Position numbers and translations under genes: made by a program. Below are positions 39,840-54,070 of a stretch of DNA of 64,000 nucleotides, in pieces; position 1 is the first letter of the stretch; each line of letters opens with the position of its first letter. The notes under the pieces are model-generated. The model saw only the letters and a list, made by a program, of their open reading frames with translations. It was not told the origin of the DNA and made no database searches. The DNA is from Lama guanicoe (lineage: Eukaryota), in the NCBI GenBank assembly GCA_013239625.1, contig MU057357.1:4806045-4870044 (forward strand), read 5' to 3'.

Positions 39840-40200
39840 GCACGCAAGTTTCTGTAATAAATGACCCCCTAGTCTCCGTGTTTAACACACAAAAATTTTA
39901 TTTCCAGCTCACAGCACAGCCTGATGAAGAGTCAGAGGATCTTCCTGGCAACTTTCCAATCAGTGACTCAGGAATCCAGGCTCTTTCCCTCCTGTGAGGC
40001 TGCCATGTTCAACACGTGGTGTCCAAGGCCACCATGTAAGAGGAAGAGGAAGTGGAAGATTGTGTTGAAGGTTTTACAGCCAGGCTTGGAAAGGGCTTGT
40101 ATTCCTGCATCCTTCGTCTCATTGGCCAGACCCAGTCACGTGGGTCTGGAGGCCTGTTTGGAGTCTGGGAAAGAAGCACGGGAAGAGAGACTGTAGCGGC
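39840..40200 (-). mobile_element. MLT1-like (MaLR) LTR remnant
   Basis: tgactcaggaatccaggctctttcc..ctgccatgtt..cattggccagacccagtcacgtgg. Confidence 0.65.
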
Positions 40201-40687
40201 TCAGCAGCCAGCCGGTCTCCACCTCGTACAGGAGCCCCAGGCCAGCAGGGGAGGTCAGGGGGAGCTTCCTGTGGCAGTCAAGTGCACCTGCAAGCTTTGT
40301 GTGATCTCCCGTAAGCATGTCCAGTGGCCATTTCCCAGAGGTGCAGACAAACGTGAGCCATGCTCAGACTTGCTACAGCACTTGCGTTCTCGTCCTTGTC
40401 TGCCCAGCTGCTTCAGGGATTGCCTTTTCCTTTCTGCATCACAGGTCTCTACACTCTGGCTGCTCACAATCTTCTGTTTCTACACAAAAGTGCCTGCCTT
40501 GGGGTTTAAATTGCCTTAGTGACTCAGTTTCCCATGGAGGAGAGGGAGATGGGGAGCTTAGAATGAACTCCAGTCCAAGCAACAGATCTGAGGTGTTATT
40601 TTTCCTCCAAAACCGCACCACCTTAAGCACTTGATGTCTATTAGACGGACAAATTCTGATACAGCCTAAGAATTAAGAGCTAAAGTG

Positions 40688-41178
40688 TAACCTAGGTGAC
40701 CATCGCCAGATGACTGGACAAAGACGCAGTGGTGTATGTATACAATGAAATGCTACTCAGCCGTAAAAAAGAATGAAGTAATGCCGTTTGCTGCAACAAG
40801 GATGGACCTGGAGATCATCATACAACGTGTAATAAGCCAGAAACTGAAAGAAAAATATGATGTCACTTATATGTGGAATATTTAAAAAAAAAGATACAAA
40901 TGAGACCCACAGACATAGAAAACAAACTTCTGGTTATCGGGGGGGAAGAGGAAGAGTGATAAATTGGGAATTTGGAATTTGTAGATATTAACTACTATAT
41001 ATAAAATAGATAAACAACAAGGTCCTGCTGTGTAGCACAGGAAACTACATCCAATACCTTGTAATAGCCAATGTAAAACAGAATATGAAAATGAATATAT
41101 ATATAAATGAATTACTAGGCTGTACACCAGAAATTAACATGTAGTAAAGTGACTACACTTCAATTAAAAAAAGAAGAA
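40688..41178 (+). mobile_element. 5'-truncated LINE-1 (end of ORF2 plus 3'UTR) with perfect 13-bp target-site duplication
   Basis: tactcagccgtaaaaaagaatgaa..atggacctggagatcatcat; A tail; AAGAGCTAAAGTG at 40675-40687 and 41179-41191. Confidence 0.93.
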
Positions 41179-42027
41179 AAGAGCTAAAGTGCAGGCTCAG
41201 AGGACTTCATTCCTTTAAGCCTTTGTCAACAATGACCTGCCAGCCATATACTAAACTCTGTTTATTTGAATACTCGCAACAGCCTATGACAGAAGCATGC
41301 TTATGCCCATTCTGTAGATATAAACACTAAGGCTTAAGCTGGTTAGACAACTAGCCCAAAGCCCCCCTGCTTATGAGGATGGAATTTAGGATTTAAAGAC
41401 AAAGAGTTGGAATCCAGAGACTGCTTATAGCCTCTAGTCCCACTGCCAGGCTGTGTGGTGAACCCAGGTGGCTCCCTCCTATATGATTAATCGATTTGTC
41501 AGGTGGGTGTGTTCCAGTTTGGTGACGATGCTACACGCCATTGTGAGCAGGTGTATCTGCCGGTGCATTCTTCTCCAAACACTGCTAGCCTCTTCTGGTG
41601 CCAGATAGCTTACTGTTGACCGATTTAGCATGTTCATTATTTCTGGTAAGCTCTAGTGAATTAACCTATACCTTAAGTACAGTGTTTACCTTACACACTG
41701 TGTTTCGTGAGAATTAATTTCCAAAGCCTACTTTTCACTAAGAGCAGAGTGTCATCTATTATCGCTAAGATACCTCCATCTGATATACAGTGGGGGAGGA
41801 AGTGGTGATTTTCTTTAATTATCCTTTTCATGTTCTAAGCATAAAAGCCACGGACAGCACTTCTCTAATGCCATTCGTCACTTTGATGATGGCCTGTGAC
41901 AAAGAGAGGCTAGTCATTAACCAAATAGAAACAGAAGATGGGTCCAAAGACAAGAGCAAAATTAACCCAAGTAGAGGCTGAGCATGATGGAATAAAAAAA
42001 TGCACAGACTTGATGTGAGCCTTACCT

Positions 42028-42155
42028 NNNNNNNNNNNNNNNNNNNNNNNNNNNNNNNNNNNNNNNNNNNNNNNNNNNNNNNNNNNNNNNNNNNNNNNNN
42101 NNNNNNNNNNNNNNNNNNNNNNNNNNNNNNNNNNNNNNNNNNNNNNNNNNNNNNN
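42028..42155. other. Assembly gap
   Basis: Run of 128 N. Confidence 0.99.
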
Positions 42156-43288
42156 CTTACTTTGTCAGGGTCTTGTGAGAATTCAGTGCAATCAATTCTA
42201 GGAGAGCAGGAGCAGCAAACATGGATGCCTACCTCGGCCAGTTAGGCCATGTGAGTGAGTGATGCTTTCCAAATGTGACACAATACAGCACAGGTAAGCA
42301 TTTAGATAAAGCAGCAGGTGGATCAGATGTTAATGAGTAGTATTAAATAGATGGTAGGTTGGGGCCAGAAGGGTTTTATGGCCAAATAAGATTGAAAACC
42401 AGTGACGCATTTCACTTCTCCCTTTTGGAGATTCAGAAAGCATTTTAATTTAATACATTGCTACATCGAAGCCTCTGAGAAGTCCTGTGGTAAAGGAAAT
42501 GATTTTGCCAGTTTAACCTTGCATTTTCCAAAGATATTTGAAAATGAAGCCCTTTTTACATCTCCATAGAATGAAAGTTCCCTGCAACACATTTGGGACA
42601 TCTATTCTTTGAGGTTTCAGATGAGAAAACTGAAGGAGAGAGAAGCCAACAGATGCAGCCCACATTGCACAACTTTGAGCCCCCGTTCCTTGACTCCCAG
42701 CTCACAATGCATCTACCGCAACACCCCAAGGCAGATTCCAATAATTTACCTGTGTTTGCAGCTGCATGGAGATTTGTCTTTTGTTCACTTGTGGTCTAGG
42801 GTCTGCCATTCTGTCTAGGGATGGCACGTGTGAGGTGGGAGCATCGGTTGGAAAGTTTGTGCTACTGGAAAGTGTGAATGTTGAGTCCTGATTTGGGAGC
42901 CCAAAGAGGAGGTTTTAAGTCATGAAATGACCAGTGTGAGCCAGCCATGACCTGAGCAAAATGTCTGAATTCTTCTAGACATAGTAAAGAACCAAATGGA
43001 TTCTGACAGTGAAAAAAATACCCCAGACACCTAAATCAACAACCTAATTAGGACTAGTAGCTCGATGGTGGGCTTTGGCCTCAGTTATTTTACCCTTTCC
43101 CTTTGGAGGAAGTGCCTTGAGCCATTGACTGCTCCCAGTTGAATGAGTAATAGACCCCTGACATATCTTGTTTCTGGCAATTGCCCTGGATATAATTCTT
43201 TGTTTACAGCCCTGCTGTAGAAAACTTGATGAATGCTTAGAAGAAAATAGAATTAGGACCTAAGGACCCAGTTAAAATCAACTTAGTA

Positions 43289-43652
43289 NNNNNNNNNNNN
43301 NNNNNNNNNNNNNNNNNNNNNNNNNNNNNNNNNNNNNNNNNNNNNNNNNNNNNNNNNNNNNNNNNNNNNNNNNNNNNNNNNNNNNNNNNNNNNNNNNNNN
43401 NNNNNNNNNNNNNNNNNNNNNNNNNNNNNNNNNNNNNNNNNNNNNNNNNNNNNNNNNNNNNNNNNNNNNNNNNNNNNNNNNNNNNNNNNNNNNNNNNNNN
43501 NNNNNNNNNNNNNNNNNNNNNNNNNNNNNNNNNNNNNNNNNNNNNNNNNNNNNNNNNNNNNNNNNNNNNNNNNNNNNNNNNNNNNNNNNNNNNNNNNNNN
43601 NNNNNNNNNNNNNNNNNNNNNNNNNNNNNNNNNNNNNNNNNNNNNNNNNNNN
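43289..43652. other. Assembly gap
   Basis: Run of 364 N. Confidence 0.99.
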
Positions 43653-44616
43653 GTTGCAAAGAAGCTCAAGAACTACTTGATAGAAAAAGGCAAGAAGACA
43701 CACAGGCACGATTTTTTATGTGAGCAAGAGACCATTCCAATTAATAGAGTTCTTATTTTTTCAATTGCCCAGAATTTATTCCTGTGACTTATTGAAATAT
43801 TAGAATCTCTCAGGGGGCTAATTGCCCTGTAGGTTCTTCTTGCTTATGTATTATCTTGTGGATGACATAATAGGATCACCACCTCATTTACCATTCAGTT
43901 AAGGTTTAATTGAGTTCATCTTCCATTCTTCGCTTAAAATGGCCAGGAACTTAGAGAATCAAAACAAATTCTCATTTGTAAAATGAGAAGATGCCTGTAA
44001 ATTGCCTCTTTATAATTCAAGTCCCGGCTGTTTATAAAGTATCTGAAGTTAAAATCTGAGCTAACATAATACACATTTTTCCCTGATGTAATTTGCAGTG
44101 ATGCTAGAAACAGTGCTTTTTAAATAAGTTTTTAAAATAAGGATTTGCACCTGATGTTGAGAGACTGCATTTCCAATGCTGTGTCTCCCCAGTATCTTTG
44201 CATCGTCCTCACAATAAGGTATAAACTCCCCCAGGCTGTGTCTTGGGCTTTTGCTGGTAGCCCAACCAGCATTCTCTTCCTCTTGGCTTTCTTCCTAATA
44301 GCACCTAACATGAGGACCCAGGTCCTCTCTATGTCATTTGAGTAGGACTGACCCATCTCTCAGTTATAGTTACCCTAATGGGTCTGAATTAGAATAAACC
44401 CTTGACACAGGATTGGTTCAGAGAAGGTCCAATCAAAGTGGAACTTCAGACTCCTTTTCCATAGTATGGGAAGCCATGTTTCTGGAACCCTACCCCATCC
44501 CCACATGAACAAAAGGTACCATTTCCCCTGGCAGCCATTCTGGGATCTTGAGAAAAGTCATCCTCAGGATGAAGGTGCCACAGGTGACAAGCATCTCAGA
44601 GACACAGAGCTGGATC

Positions 44617-44880
44617 CAATGGTCTCCCGGAGCCAGCTTGTACCAACCAGTTCACGAGAGCTGATTGTTAAATTTTGAGGAATCTTGTGAGCTGGTTAAT
44701 ATTATGTTGGTAGCTTAAATTTGGCCACGGTGGAAGTATTCACACCATGGAAATCTGCAAACCCCAAGAACCAGGGCTGTTGCTGCTTTCTCTTCTCCTT
44801 CTCCTCCACTTTCTTCCTCTTCCCTCTCCTCCTCGCCTCCAGAGCTGGCTGTTCAACATTTACTGAATTTCCACCCACTG
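44617..44880 (+). mobile_element. MER63-like hAT-Blackjack element nested in an MLT1-like LTR (~44360-45015)
   Basis: ggagccagcttgtacc..gagagctgattgttaaatttt..gttggtagcttaaatttggccacggtggaagtatt..aacatttac..ccactg. Confidence 0.75.
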
Positions 44881-45219
44881 GACCTCCAAAATGAATCACC
44901 CCTGAAGCTTGGCTTCCTCCTGTGCTTTTCATATCAAAAGTCTGGAAAGTCTCCTTTATTGTTAAGTCCATTGACTCAGATGATTTTCGGTTACTGCTAA
45001 CCAAGGCATATCCACAATGACCTACAAAGTTCTCTGTGATAACAAGAGCTAACACTTACGGAACGTTTACTAAGGACCAAGAACTGCGCTAAGTGCAAAT
45101 TCACTTTAGCTCAAATAAAACATCCACCTTTAAAAAAAAGTGGTATCTTTATTATTTCTGATTTACATATGAAGAAACTAAGCCTCATGGTGCAAGAACC
45201 ACTTATCCAAGTTTCAAAG

Positions 45220-45617
45220 AGACCTACTTACAGTTTTCCAAATGCACCAAGCTTTTCATGCCTTAGTTGAATGCCATGCTGCCGTTGAATCTTTTTATAT
45301 ACCGTGTCTGCTTGGTTAATGCCTATCATCCTTCAAGATCCTGAGTCAGTGCCTCACAAAAGTCTTCTTCATCCTCTTAGTCTGAGCCGCTGACTCCTCA
45401 CATCGCCTTGTGTCTACCTCGCTGAGAATGTTTCTAATGATGCCGAGTACTTACTGATTTTCTTGTTGGTTTCCCCCACTAGACTCCAAGATCAACAGAA
45501 TCTTAGAAATCTGAGGAATCTTTTCTTTTTCTCGTCTGTATCTTCATGCGTAGTTCCATGGCTGCCACGTGGGAGCTGTGTAAGTAATGCTGGATGAATC
45601 AGTTGAATGAATGAATG
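45220..45617 (+). mobile_element. L2 LINE 3' end
   Basis: catccttcaagat..ttcccccactagact..terminal gttgaatgaatgaatg. Confidence 0.7.
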
Positions 45618-48600
45618 CATCCTTGTGATGTGTTTTTGCTGCACTGAAATTCAAGGAAAGAAGAAATCCACTGTCAGTACCGTTAATACATAATCTCATA
45701 CTAAATATGTGGATCATTATAAAGCTATCAAAACTCCTTGTCTCCTTCATTTTTCTCATTTTCCACATCACCATCTTTCATCATCATGCATGGTCTGTCT
45801 AGGTACTGGGCAGACGGAAGAAGGTGTTGAGAAGTATTAGAAAGATCACCGGCTTTTGTGTCGATAGACTGGACATGAATTCTAGCTCCATCCCTTCCTA
45901 CCTGGGTCAACTTAGGCAATTTGCATACTTTCCTCATCTGTTAAATGGGACTGAGGTCTAATATTTAAGGTTGCTGTGTGAAAGTAAATAGTTCTTAAAT
46001 GACCAGGTGTGTGGTAATAAGACATTTAAGAAACGGTAACTCTTTATCTGCATGTCCTACAATCTTAGTCATATATGTATTTCCCCCAACCCTGAGGATA
46101 TCACCTAAGATTTAGTGTCTGATCTCCATTTACTCAGTTTGGATATTACAAACTACAATTGCATCCTGCTGATACTAATTGTAATCATGTATAACAACAA
46201 CCACAAATGTTACTGTACGCTGCGAGGGGCTGGAGTCTTTTTAAGCTGAAAGCCTGTTACTTATGAGTTTGTAAGAAGTTTCTTATTGTCGGATCAGGCT
46301 ATGCTATGTCTCCAGATTTATTACATTTTTCTTATTAGATCCTCCCGTGTGTGTGTGTGTATGTTGCTGGCACTTGCTCACAGGATATTAGAATGTGGAT
46401 CAGACCATGACAAGGGTGATGTGTACTTTGTCATGATTTTTTTTTGTATTTCTTTGAAAAATTAAAACTTTGAAAAACATTTCTTGAAAAAAGCTGGGCA
46501 GATCTTAGCAACTTGGATTGAGTAACTCTTGCCCTACATGTGGTGTGATTTAAGGCTGACTGTGCTGGGCTTTGGAAAACATCCTGTTGATTCTAATTAA
46601 TATCGTGTCTGGGCCATCAGGCCAGACCGTACATGATGGGTGGTCATGTTTCCCTGGATGAAGTTTAATCACGATCAATTATCCTGGAAGGAGGAAATTC
46701 TTGGGCTGGACATGAGCCGACCCTTGGACCGGTGGGGAGGCCATTATATGGGTCCCCAGGTGGGGACGTGAAGGTGGTCCTGGACTCAAGGCATGGGAGT
46801 GTTTGGAGTGTTTCCAGTGGTGAGAATTAGTGGGCCCTTGTGCAAGGAGGCAGGTGGGGAGATAGGATGGGTGTTGACTTAATAAGAGGATCTGAGGTAG
46901 ATCTGGGGCATGTGGGATGGTAGCAGTGTGAGTTATAACTTGTAACCCTAAACCTCAGTTAAGTTGTGAGTAAATCACATCCTCCCTAATCCCTTCCCAA
47001 TTGTAATGTGGCGAAGTGGGTTGAGAGGAAGCTCATGATAAAACCAGGGAGGAGGCAGTGGAGTCCTGTAGTCAAAAATAGCTGCCTGGAAGAGGAGTGC
47101 TGTTGTGTGGATGGTCAGCAGCATAGGAGAAAATGCAAAAAGGAGGAAGCTGATGGATTTGTTGTGGACCACTTGGGAGGCAGGATCTAGGAAACACTCA
47201 GAACATTTCGACAAGGCTACTTGCCAGGAGTTGGCTGGAAAGAGTTCAGATCCTAATAGCTTGGACCTGAAAAGAAAATGCAACATAACTTTGTAGCCAC
47301 AGGCATATGAGGTTGATGACTTATGAGTTCTACATAGATTTCGTATCTTATTTAATTTCCACAACAACCAGGTTGCAAGTATTATTACTCCTGTGTTACA
47401 GCTATATAGCTGTCATACTGAGAATAAAATTCACGTTTTAACTTCTTATAGAACGGCCATGCTGAGATTTGAGCCATATCCACCTGCCACCAACGATGCT
47501 GTTCTTCCTATAATACCGTCATGCCTCTTACACGAGTGAAATTAAAGTGGAGAGAAATGTGGTTCACTGGTTAATTTCTTGTGGCATTTCCACAAGCAGA
47601 CCTGTAAAAGTACTGCTTTCTGGTTGTTTCAGTAATTCTTTTGGTATAAGCTGCTTAGCATTATGGTTGTCTGTCCAAGTATCTTAATGGAGGAGTAGGA
47701 TGTAGGGGAAATTTGTGTTTTTGTAAGAACCAGCAACATTTCACTTCTTCAGTAAGACTTTTCATTCTCTGGTCAATGGCCTGAAATCGATTTCCCCCCA
47801 GCTGTTGGCCAATGTGATAGAAAATCTACTTAGTGTAATAGGTACTCTCTCCTCGAGCTGTTAAAAAAGAATATTGTACAGTTTAGAATCCACTGGATGT
47901 AGCCCCCAGCCCCGCCACCAAGAGCTTTGTGAGGGCAAGTATGTCACTCGTGACTCCTTATTCCAAAACCCAGATTTGTGCTTCCTGATCTCTCATGTCT
48001 TTCTGCTCTAAAATTCAATGTATAAATTCAATTTCTTGGCTCCTAGGTAGGAGTTCCTGAATTCCAGGATGTTTATACACAGACGCAGAAAAGAAGGCAG
48101 CACTGATGTTTAGCAGCTACACACTGGTGCTACTGTAGCAGTCGCTGCAATGCTAGTTGGTGCATGGCTTCTGTTCCGAAGCACCCTGAGTGGCCCGTAT
48201 TAACTTTGGTGTCCTCATTAGCCCCCGATGCAGCCTTGCGATCAACAAATCAAGGCATTTCATGGAATCTTATTATTTTTTGAAAGGTTTAAAAATAATT
48301 TCATGCATATAAAGTAATAATAATAACTCTGACTAGAGAGTGGGGACATAAATTTAAAAAATCTAGGATAGATAAAGAGAGAAAAGCAATGATTATCCCA
48401 GAGCATCAATGTGGTTGACATGAAAACTAAACGCCATACTATACATGCCTAGCCTTCTGGATCATTCTGGGTCTTTTCTTTCTTTTTTTCCCCTCCTTTC
48501 TTTTTTCTATTCCATCCGAGTTAAAGAAATTCATATCTTCAGATTTTTTTTCTGAATCTTTTACCTAGAATTGTCAACCAAACAGAGCTTTGAGTAGGTA

Positions 48601-50199
48601 GATATCTTTCATTAAGAAATGAGACATTCAGTACTTTGAGACTGAAAACACATAGAAAGAAGAAAATATTTCTCATGCTATTAAAGTGAGCTCAAAGTGC
48701 TTCTTTTATTTATTCCCTTATTCAAAAAATGAACAGAATGGTCGGTGGTGTCTTGGATGGTAAAAAGATTGAGACACAATGCAAGGTCTTTTAGTGACCT
48801 GCAGCCACTGTTCCTTGCAAAATGTAATCTAATAATCCTCTATTCCATTTAAGGACTATAGGAGCTTGTACATTTCTAGACATTTTAAATGATTTGCCCA
48901 CTGACCCTTCAAGCCCTTCTGATCCAAGCATTGTCATTACCCTTGCTTGACGGGAATTCAGGTGGACTGAAGCTGAGTGGGATCTTGGATGCTAATATAT
49001 GCCCTGCTGGCCTGTGGTTTTCTTTCTTATAAGTCAGCCACATTGTCCAAAAAGGTCCCCGCAAAATACAAGTGCGTGGCTCTGAGTTTTTGTTCTTCTG
49101 ATTGACGTGAGTAACTTTCAGAAAGCTCTCCGAAGTTCTTTGAGGATCTATTGCTATTCTTGACAGAGTTTTGTAGTTGATTGCTTTGAAGCCCACTTAT
49201 CTTCCTTAGCTGATTGAAGATGTTGGCGATGTGCTTTTTTTAATTAGTTTGTGAAGTGGGTGGAGTTGGAGCAAAGTCAATTTCATCTTGCTAAAATCCA
49301 ATCAATGCTAGTTGACTGAATGACTTTAGTTTATTTAGCTGATTGACCCTGGACTTCTTCAGAAGTTGTTTTCTCTTATTTTCAATTTTGATGATTAAAA
49401 AAATGATTTAATTACAGAAGTCACTTTTATGTTGCTTAATATCTTGGCATGAAATTTACTCTACTTTTGCACGTCATGTATAACTCAGAAGGCACACAGT
49501 CACCTTCTGTGGAATTCAATATTTGCTGTTCCAAACTATCAATGAGACAGCACACTTTTTTTTACTTTCCATTTCTTTTACAGTGCAGACAAGTATTTAC
49601 AGAAAGAAAAGATTGACCAAACCTTGGCAAAAATATTTACAGCATACTAACTTTTGTTTTGATTTTCTTTAGGGTTTTTATGCAGTATTTTGCAAGTAAG
49701 TCCTTTCACTGGTTAAACTTTTCTTGTTGCAGTAGTGAATAGAAAAATGGTGGTTCCCATTTATTTGGAGAAGAATTATTGTGACTGCCTTCTTGGATAT
49801 CAAGCTGAAATGCTTACAAAACCATTTCACATCCCAAACAACAACCAACCAAATTTTATTTCTGTCAAAATAATAGAAACAAATGGTTCCAAAGCAGAGA
49901 TGCTGCTAGTAAACACTTTCATCAGAATCAAGCACTGTGGCTATTAAAATTCATCCAAATTAAATGTTTATTTATGAAACAAATGTCTTCTTTTAAAATA
50001 TTTCAAAATATTCAGCTAAGAAACCCTGTGGGGTGAATCTGCTTATGTGAAATATCTGTGAGTCATGAGAGTCTAATTAGAGAAAACGTCAGTGAACTTC
50101 TCTTTCAAAGGAAATATGAGGACTGAATTTTTAAGGTGGTAGTGAAAACTTGCACTGAAGTTTTATTTCCGAATGCCATTTTTAAGAACTTCTACTAGC

Positions 50200-50709
50200 T
50201 GACTCATGAAGAACATAGGCAGGTCGCTGTAACTCAAATGTACCAAGCGATCGGGCTGTGTCCCAAAGTGGATTCAGGTTCTTGTTTCATTTTGATTGGT
50301 TTGGTCCTGGAATGTCTGAAGGGGACAGATGAGGAGGGAAAAAAACAAAAAAGCATTGGAATGGATAGATTCGTGTCTACCCTCCTGGCTCAGCCTGAGG
50401 GATTGATTTTGAGACCAGAGAAGAAGATAAAAGTTGCCTCCTCAAGCATAAAATCTGCATACAAATTGTCCTAAAATGCCAAACACATTTCAAGCACCTG
50501 CATATGTCGTGTACACTAACATCTCACTGGTGAGAACTAGTTACATGGCTGAATTCAAGATCAAAGGGTATGGAAGTCCATTCACCCACCATGAGGTCAA
50601 AGCAAGTCATGTGCCTAAGACCAACATCAGTGGGTGGGGACATATTCTTCTGTCAGGAGGGACGAGGAGGTGAGTAAATATTTCCTTAACAACATTATAA
50701 TCTACCACA
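50200..50709 (-). mobile_element. MLT1-like LTR remnant
   Basis: aacacatttcaagc..aaagcaagtcatgtg..gagtaaatattt..aatctaccaca. Confidence 0.65.
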
Positions 50710-51480
50710 AGTGGTAAAGCCAGAAAGCAGAGATATGTGTTCAGGAGCAATTTATGAGTGTTGGGCCAAACAGTGCTAAGGACCATAGTGCAATTTTGAC
50801 ACCCAGGGTTTAGATGAAGCCCAGTGGTTCACTAGTGGAGAACTGATGAACACGGTGGAGGCCTCTTGCCTGTAGTCAGTGGCCAGATGCCTTGGTAAGA
50901 TGTTGGAGCAGTGAAGAGGAGTGTAGTTGTTGCTGACCCCACACCAGATGCTACCACCCCTGGGGAATCTAAGAAATACCTGGGAGAGACTTTCAGAGGG
51001 CTCAACTTCTAAACAAGCAGGAGAATTGGTACAGATTAATTTATATTTGTTTCCTTTGGACATTACTGCTTTATACATGAAGAGGGAGGGTGACTCCACT
51101 TACTAGATAATTCCAAACTAAAGCCCCCAGTGAGTCTTATATCCATGTTGTGAAGATAAGATAACATATTTTGCCTGCAACTGCATGTTTATGTAGAGGA
51201 TGGTCTACAGAACTTATTTTTAGACAAATAATGGAATGGATATGTGTATCCAGGGGTGATTTCAGTCAACAAACCATTGAACAAACAATCAAAAAAAAAT
51301 TGGAAACAATTTGAATGTATACAATGTGATTTTGCCATTTTATCTTAAAAAGCCACAGAACTTCTATTTTTGGAAGCAGCTCATGATCCTACCTGCTCCT
51401 CCATCTGCCATCCTTTCCCTAGCAACACATACATATGGATGTCGTCACATCACGGTGGCTATAAGCATGAGCATGGGAGT

Positions 51481-51860
51481 TGTGTGCGGCAGACGGCTCA
51501 CTTCTCATCAAACCCATTTCCTCTTCCTCCTGAATACAAAGCTAGATTTTATTTCACAATTTCCTTGAGGGTAATTGTGGCCACGTAACTGAGTTCTAGC
51601 CAATGGAATGTGAGCAGAAATGATGTTATGTCTCTCTTAAGACTGACCCAGAAAAACCTGTTTGATTTTCCACATTCTTTCCCTTTCCGGAGCTTGATGT
51701 AGACAAAAATGTCAGTCTTGGAAGCCATATATTGAAGATGGTGAAGGCACAAAATGGAAAGATACTGAGTCTTTGAGCTACCACTTGGCAAGACACTCAC
51801 TGATCAGGGCTTCACATGAGAGAGAAATAGATTCCTTTCATGTTTGAGACTGTGTGGCTA
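51481..51860 (+). mobile_element. MLT1J-like LTR
   Basis: gtggccacgtaactgagttctagccaatggaatgtgagcagaaatgat..ttgaagatgg..atgagagagaaata. Confidence 0.75.
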
Positions 51861-51910
51861 CAGACAAGTTATCTGTCCTCTATGCTCATCAATTTCCACA
51901 CCTGTAAAAT

Positions 51911-52350
51911 GGTGTGTGGCTCTAAAATAGGTACTCAAACTTGTTGGCATTCCCCCCTTCAAAAGGTGGAGTATAATTTTACTCCTTTTGAGTGTACTCT
52001 AGACTCAGTGATGTGTTTTCTATGAATATCGTGGAAGTAGTGGTGTGTGGCTTCTAAGACTAGAGCATAGAAGGTATTATGGCTTCCTGCTTACTCTCAT
52101 TCTTGGATCTTTTCTTCTGGAGGAAGTTGGTTGCCATGTTGTAGATATTCAAGCAGCTGCATGGAAAGGTCCACCTAGTGAGGAACTGGAGACTCCTACC
52201 AACAGCCATGTAATTGAGTTGAATTAGAAGCAGATCCTCCAGACCCAGTCAAGCCTTCAGAAAACCATATTCCTGGCTGGCATCTTGCCTATAACTTATC
52301 AGAGACTCAACCAGAAATATCCAGCCTTTCTCTGATTTTGATCCATATAA
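51911..52350 (+). mobile_element. MLT1F-like LTR
   Basis: aggtggagt..tgccatgttgt..gtgaggaactg..ccaacagcca..gaagcagatcctccag.cccagtcaagccttcag. Confidence 0.75.
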
Positions 52351-54070
52351 ACATGGATTCTAAGTCGAACAGGGAGAGATATGAGCCCATTAGGGGGACT
52401 AAGAGGCATATTAAAGTCAATAGATTGGAAGTCCCAGTGAAGGTGAAAAAATTATTGGAATGGGAGGGGTGTTAGAATATGTGAGCTAGAAAGACAAAAC
52501 TGATGGTCAGAGAGTACAATGCTTAAAAAAAAGACAGCGGAAGTCATACGGTTATAAGTAGTGGATTATAAACTCTAGGTTATTAAGGTCAGAAGAGTTG
52601 ATGACTAAAGTAAACTAAAGGAAAGATTGGTGAAAATGAGAGGCTAGAGTGTTGAGTGGATTATTTTGTTAGACATTAAACCTGTCAAGGGTGATAACAG
52701 GGACAGTATTATTTTGGCAAGAAAGCTAGTGAGCTGGATGCTAACATTTGCAATGAATATGGGGCCAAACTGCATTCTTGTTAGATGTGTAACCCAAGGA
52801 GGAATGGTTGGTGGTCCTGCCTTATAGATGTGGCTCAGAGAAGCCTGCACGTTTGAGGAAGAGAGGATGAAGTGTTGTGTAGAGGTGGCCAAGAGGAGCA
52901 AGGAAGGTACCACTTTATGTCCAGGTCTTAGGAGCAGTAGAAGAGCACCATCATTGTTGGTGCGGACAGTTGGGGAAGCAGTGCTGGCAGACAGTAGCCA
53001 GATCGCAGCCAGATCGCAGTTCAGGAAAGAAGAAAAGGGACCTGCCTGGAGGAAACATGTGGATAAAGGGAATTTGGCTGATAATAGACTGAAGATTTCC
53101 CATCAAAGAGTTAAAGGGTTTGTGAGCCAGAGAAGTGGTGGGAGAATGGGTCAAATTTGGAGATTACAGGACTACAGGAGTGTAAGCACCATAGTGATGA
53201 TGAAAACCTGAATGTCCTGAACTTCTGGAAGTGGTTGATTTTAAAGCATGATTGACTTGACTGTGATGGCTTTTTAGACTGAGATGAATAATAAATGCTG
53301 CTGATAGCTTTTCTTAGACTTGTTCTTGGTCAGTTTGTAGGGGTGAGGTGGGTGGTGGTGTGGCTACGGCAGAGCCCATCATACCAGGAACACATGCACC
53401 TTCCTGGGCCTCCCTGAACCTTTTGAGGGTGGGGCTGGGGTTGCAGGAGGCCTTCTGAAGGCAGTAAGTGATGCCACAGTCCAAACAACAGGGAGGCCCA
53501 TGGACGGCAGTCTCCATAGGACTCTGGAAGTCTTGCTTAAATTCTTGTTTGCTGAAGGACAAACTGTCTGCCTTACTGAAAGACCAAAGTACCCAATACT
53601 CTCAGGGTCCATAAAAATCTTGCTTCACTCTTGGTCATCACTTGAGAAGGAAGGGAAAACTGAGTCAAGACAACATTCTAGACTTACCTGCTTCTTTTTC
53701 CTTATCTCCTCTTAAATTAGCTTCTCCAGCGCTTGGCAGAGCAGCTCCTGAAACACGGCCCCACTTGGGCTCCAGCCTGACCAGGCTGAGAAGTCAGCCA
53801 GACGCTCCCAGTGCCGAGCACCGGCCTTGACCCTTGGCTACTTCCCTGCCGCTCACCCTCCCTCCTTTTCCTTTCCCTGTCCACCCAAAAGGAAACTAGA
53901 TCTGATTAAATACCATCCCGTTGGAGTGGTTTAATTTCACACATCTCAGTCTTTCATTTACCCACTTAACATGTGTTGTACACCTGCTCTGTTCGGTGTT
54001 ATATTTGACCTGGGTACAATGGCAGAGGGGTCCCAGCTGAAGCAGAAGCTGTGTGAGTGGCCGTGTGCCC

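Noticed and set aside
40052-40634. 155-aa and 105-aa plus-strand ORFs
   Set aside because: Overlap an MLT1 LTR remnant and its flank; no gag/pol similarity and no splice structure.
43237-43709. Long ORFs made of X residues (also at 26306, 38046, 42000)
   Set aside because: Artefacts of translating through N-gaps.
52380-53210. Purine-rich stretch with a 127-aa ORF
   Set aside because: Looks like a decayed antisense L2-type repeat; boundaries too uncertain to annotate and no coding evidence.
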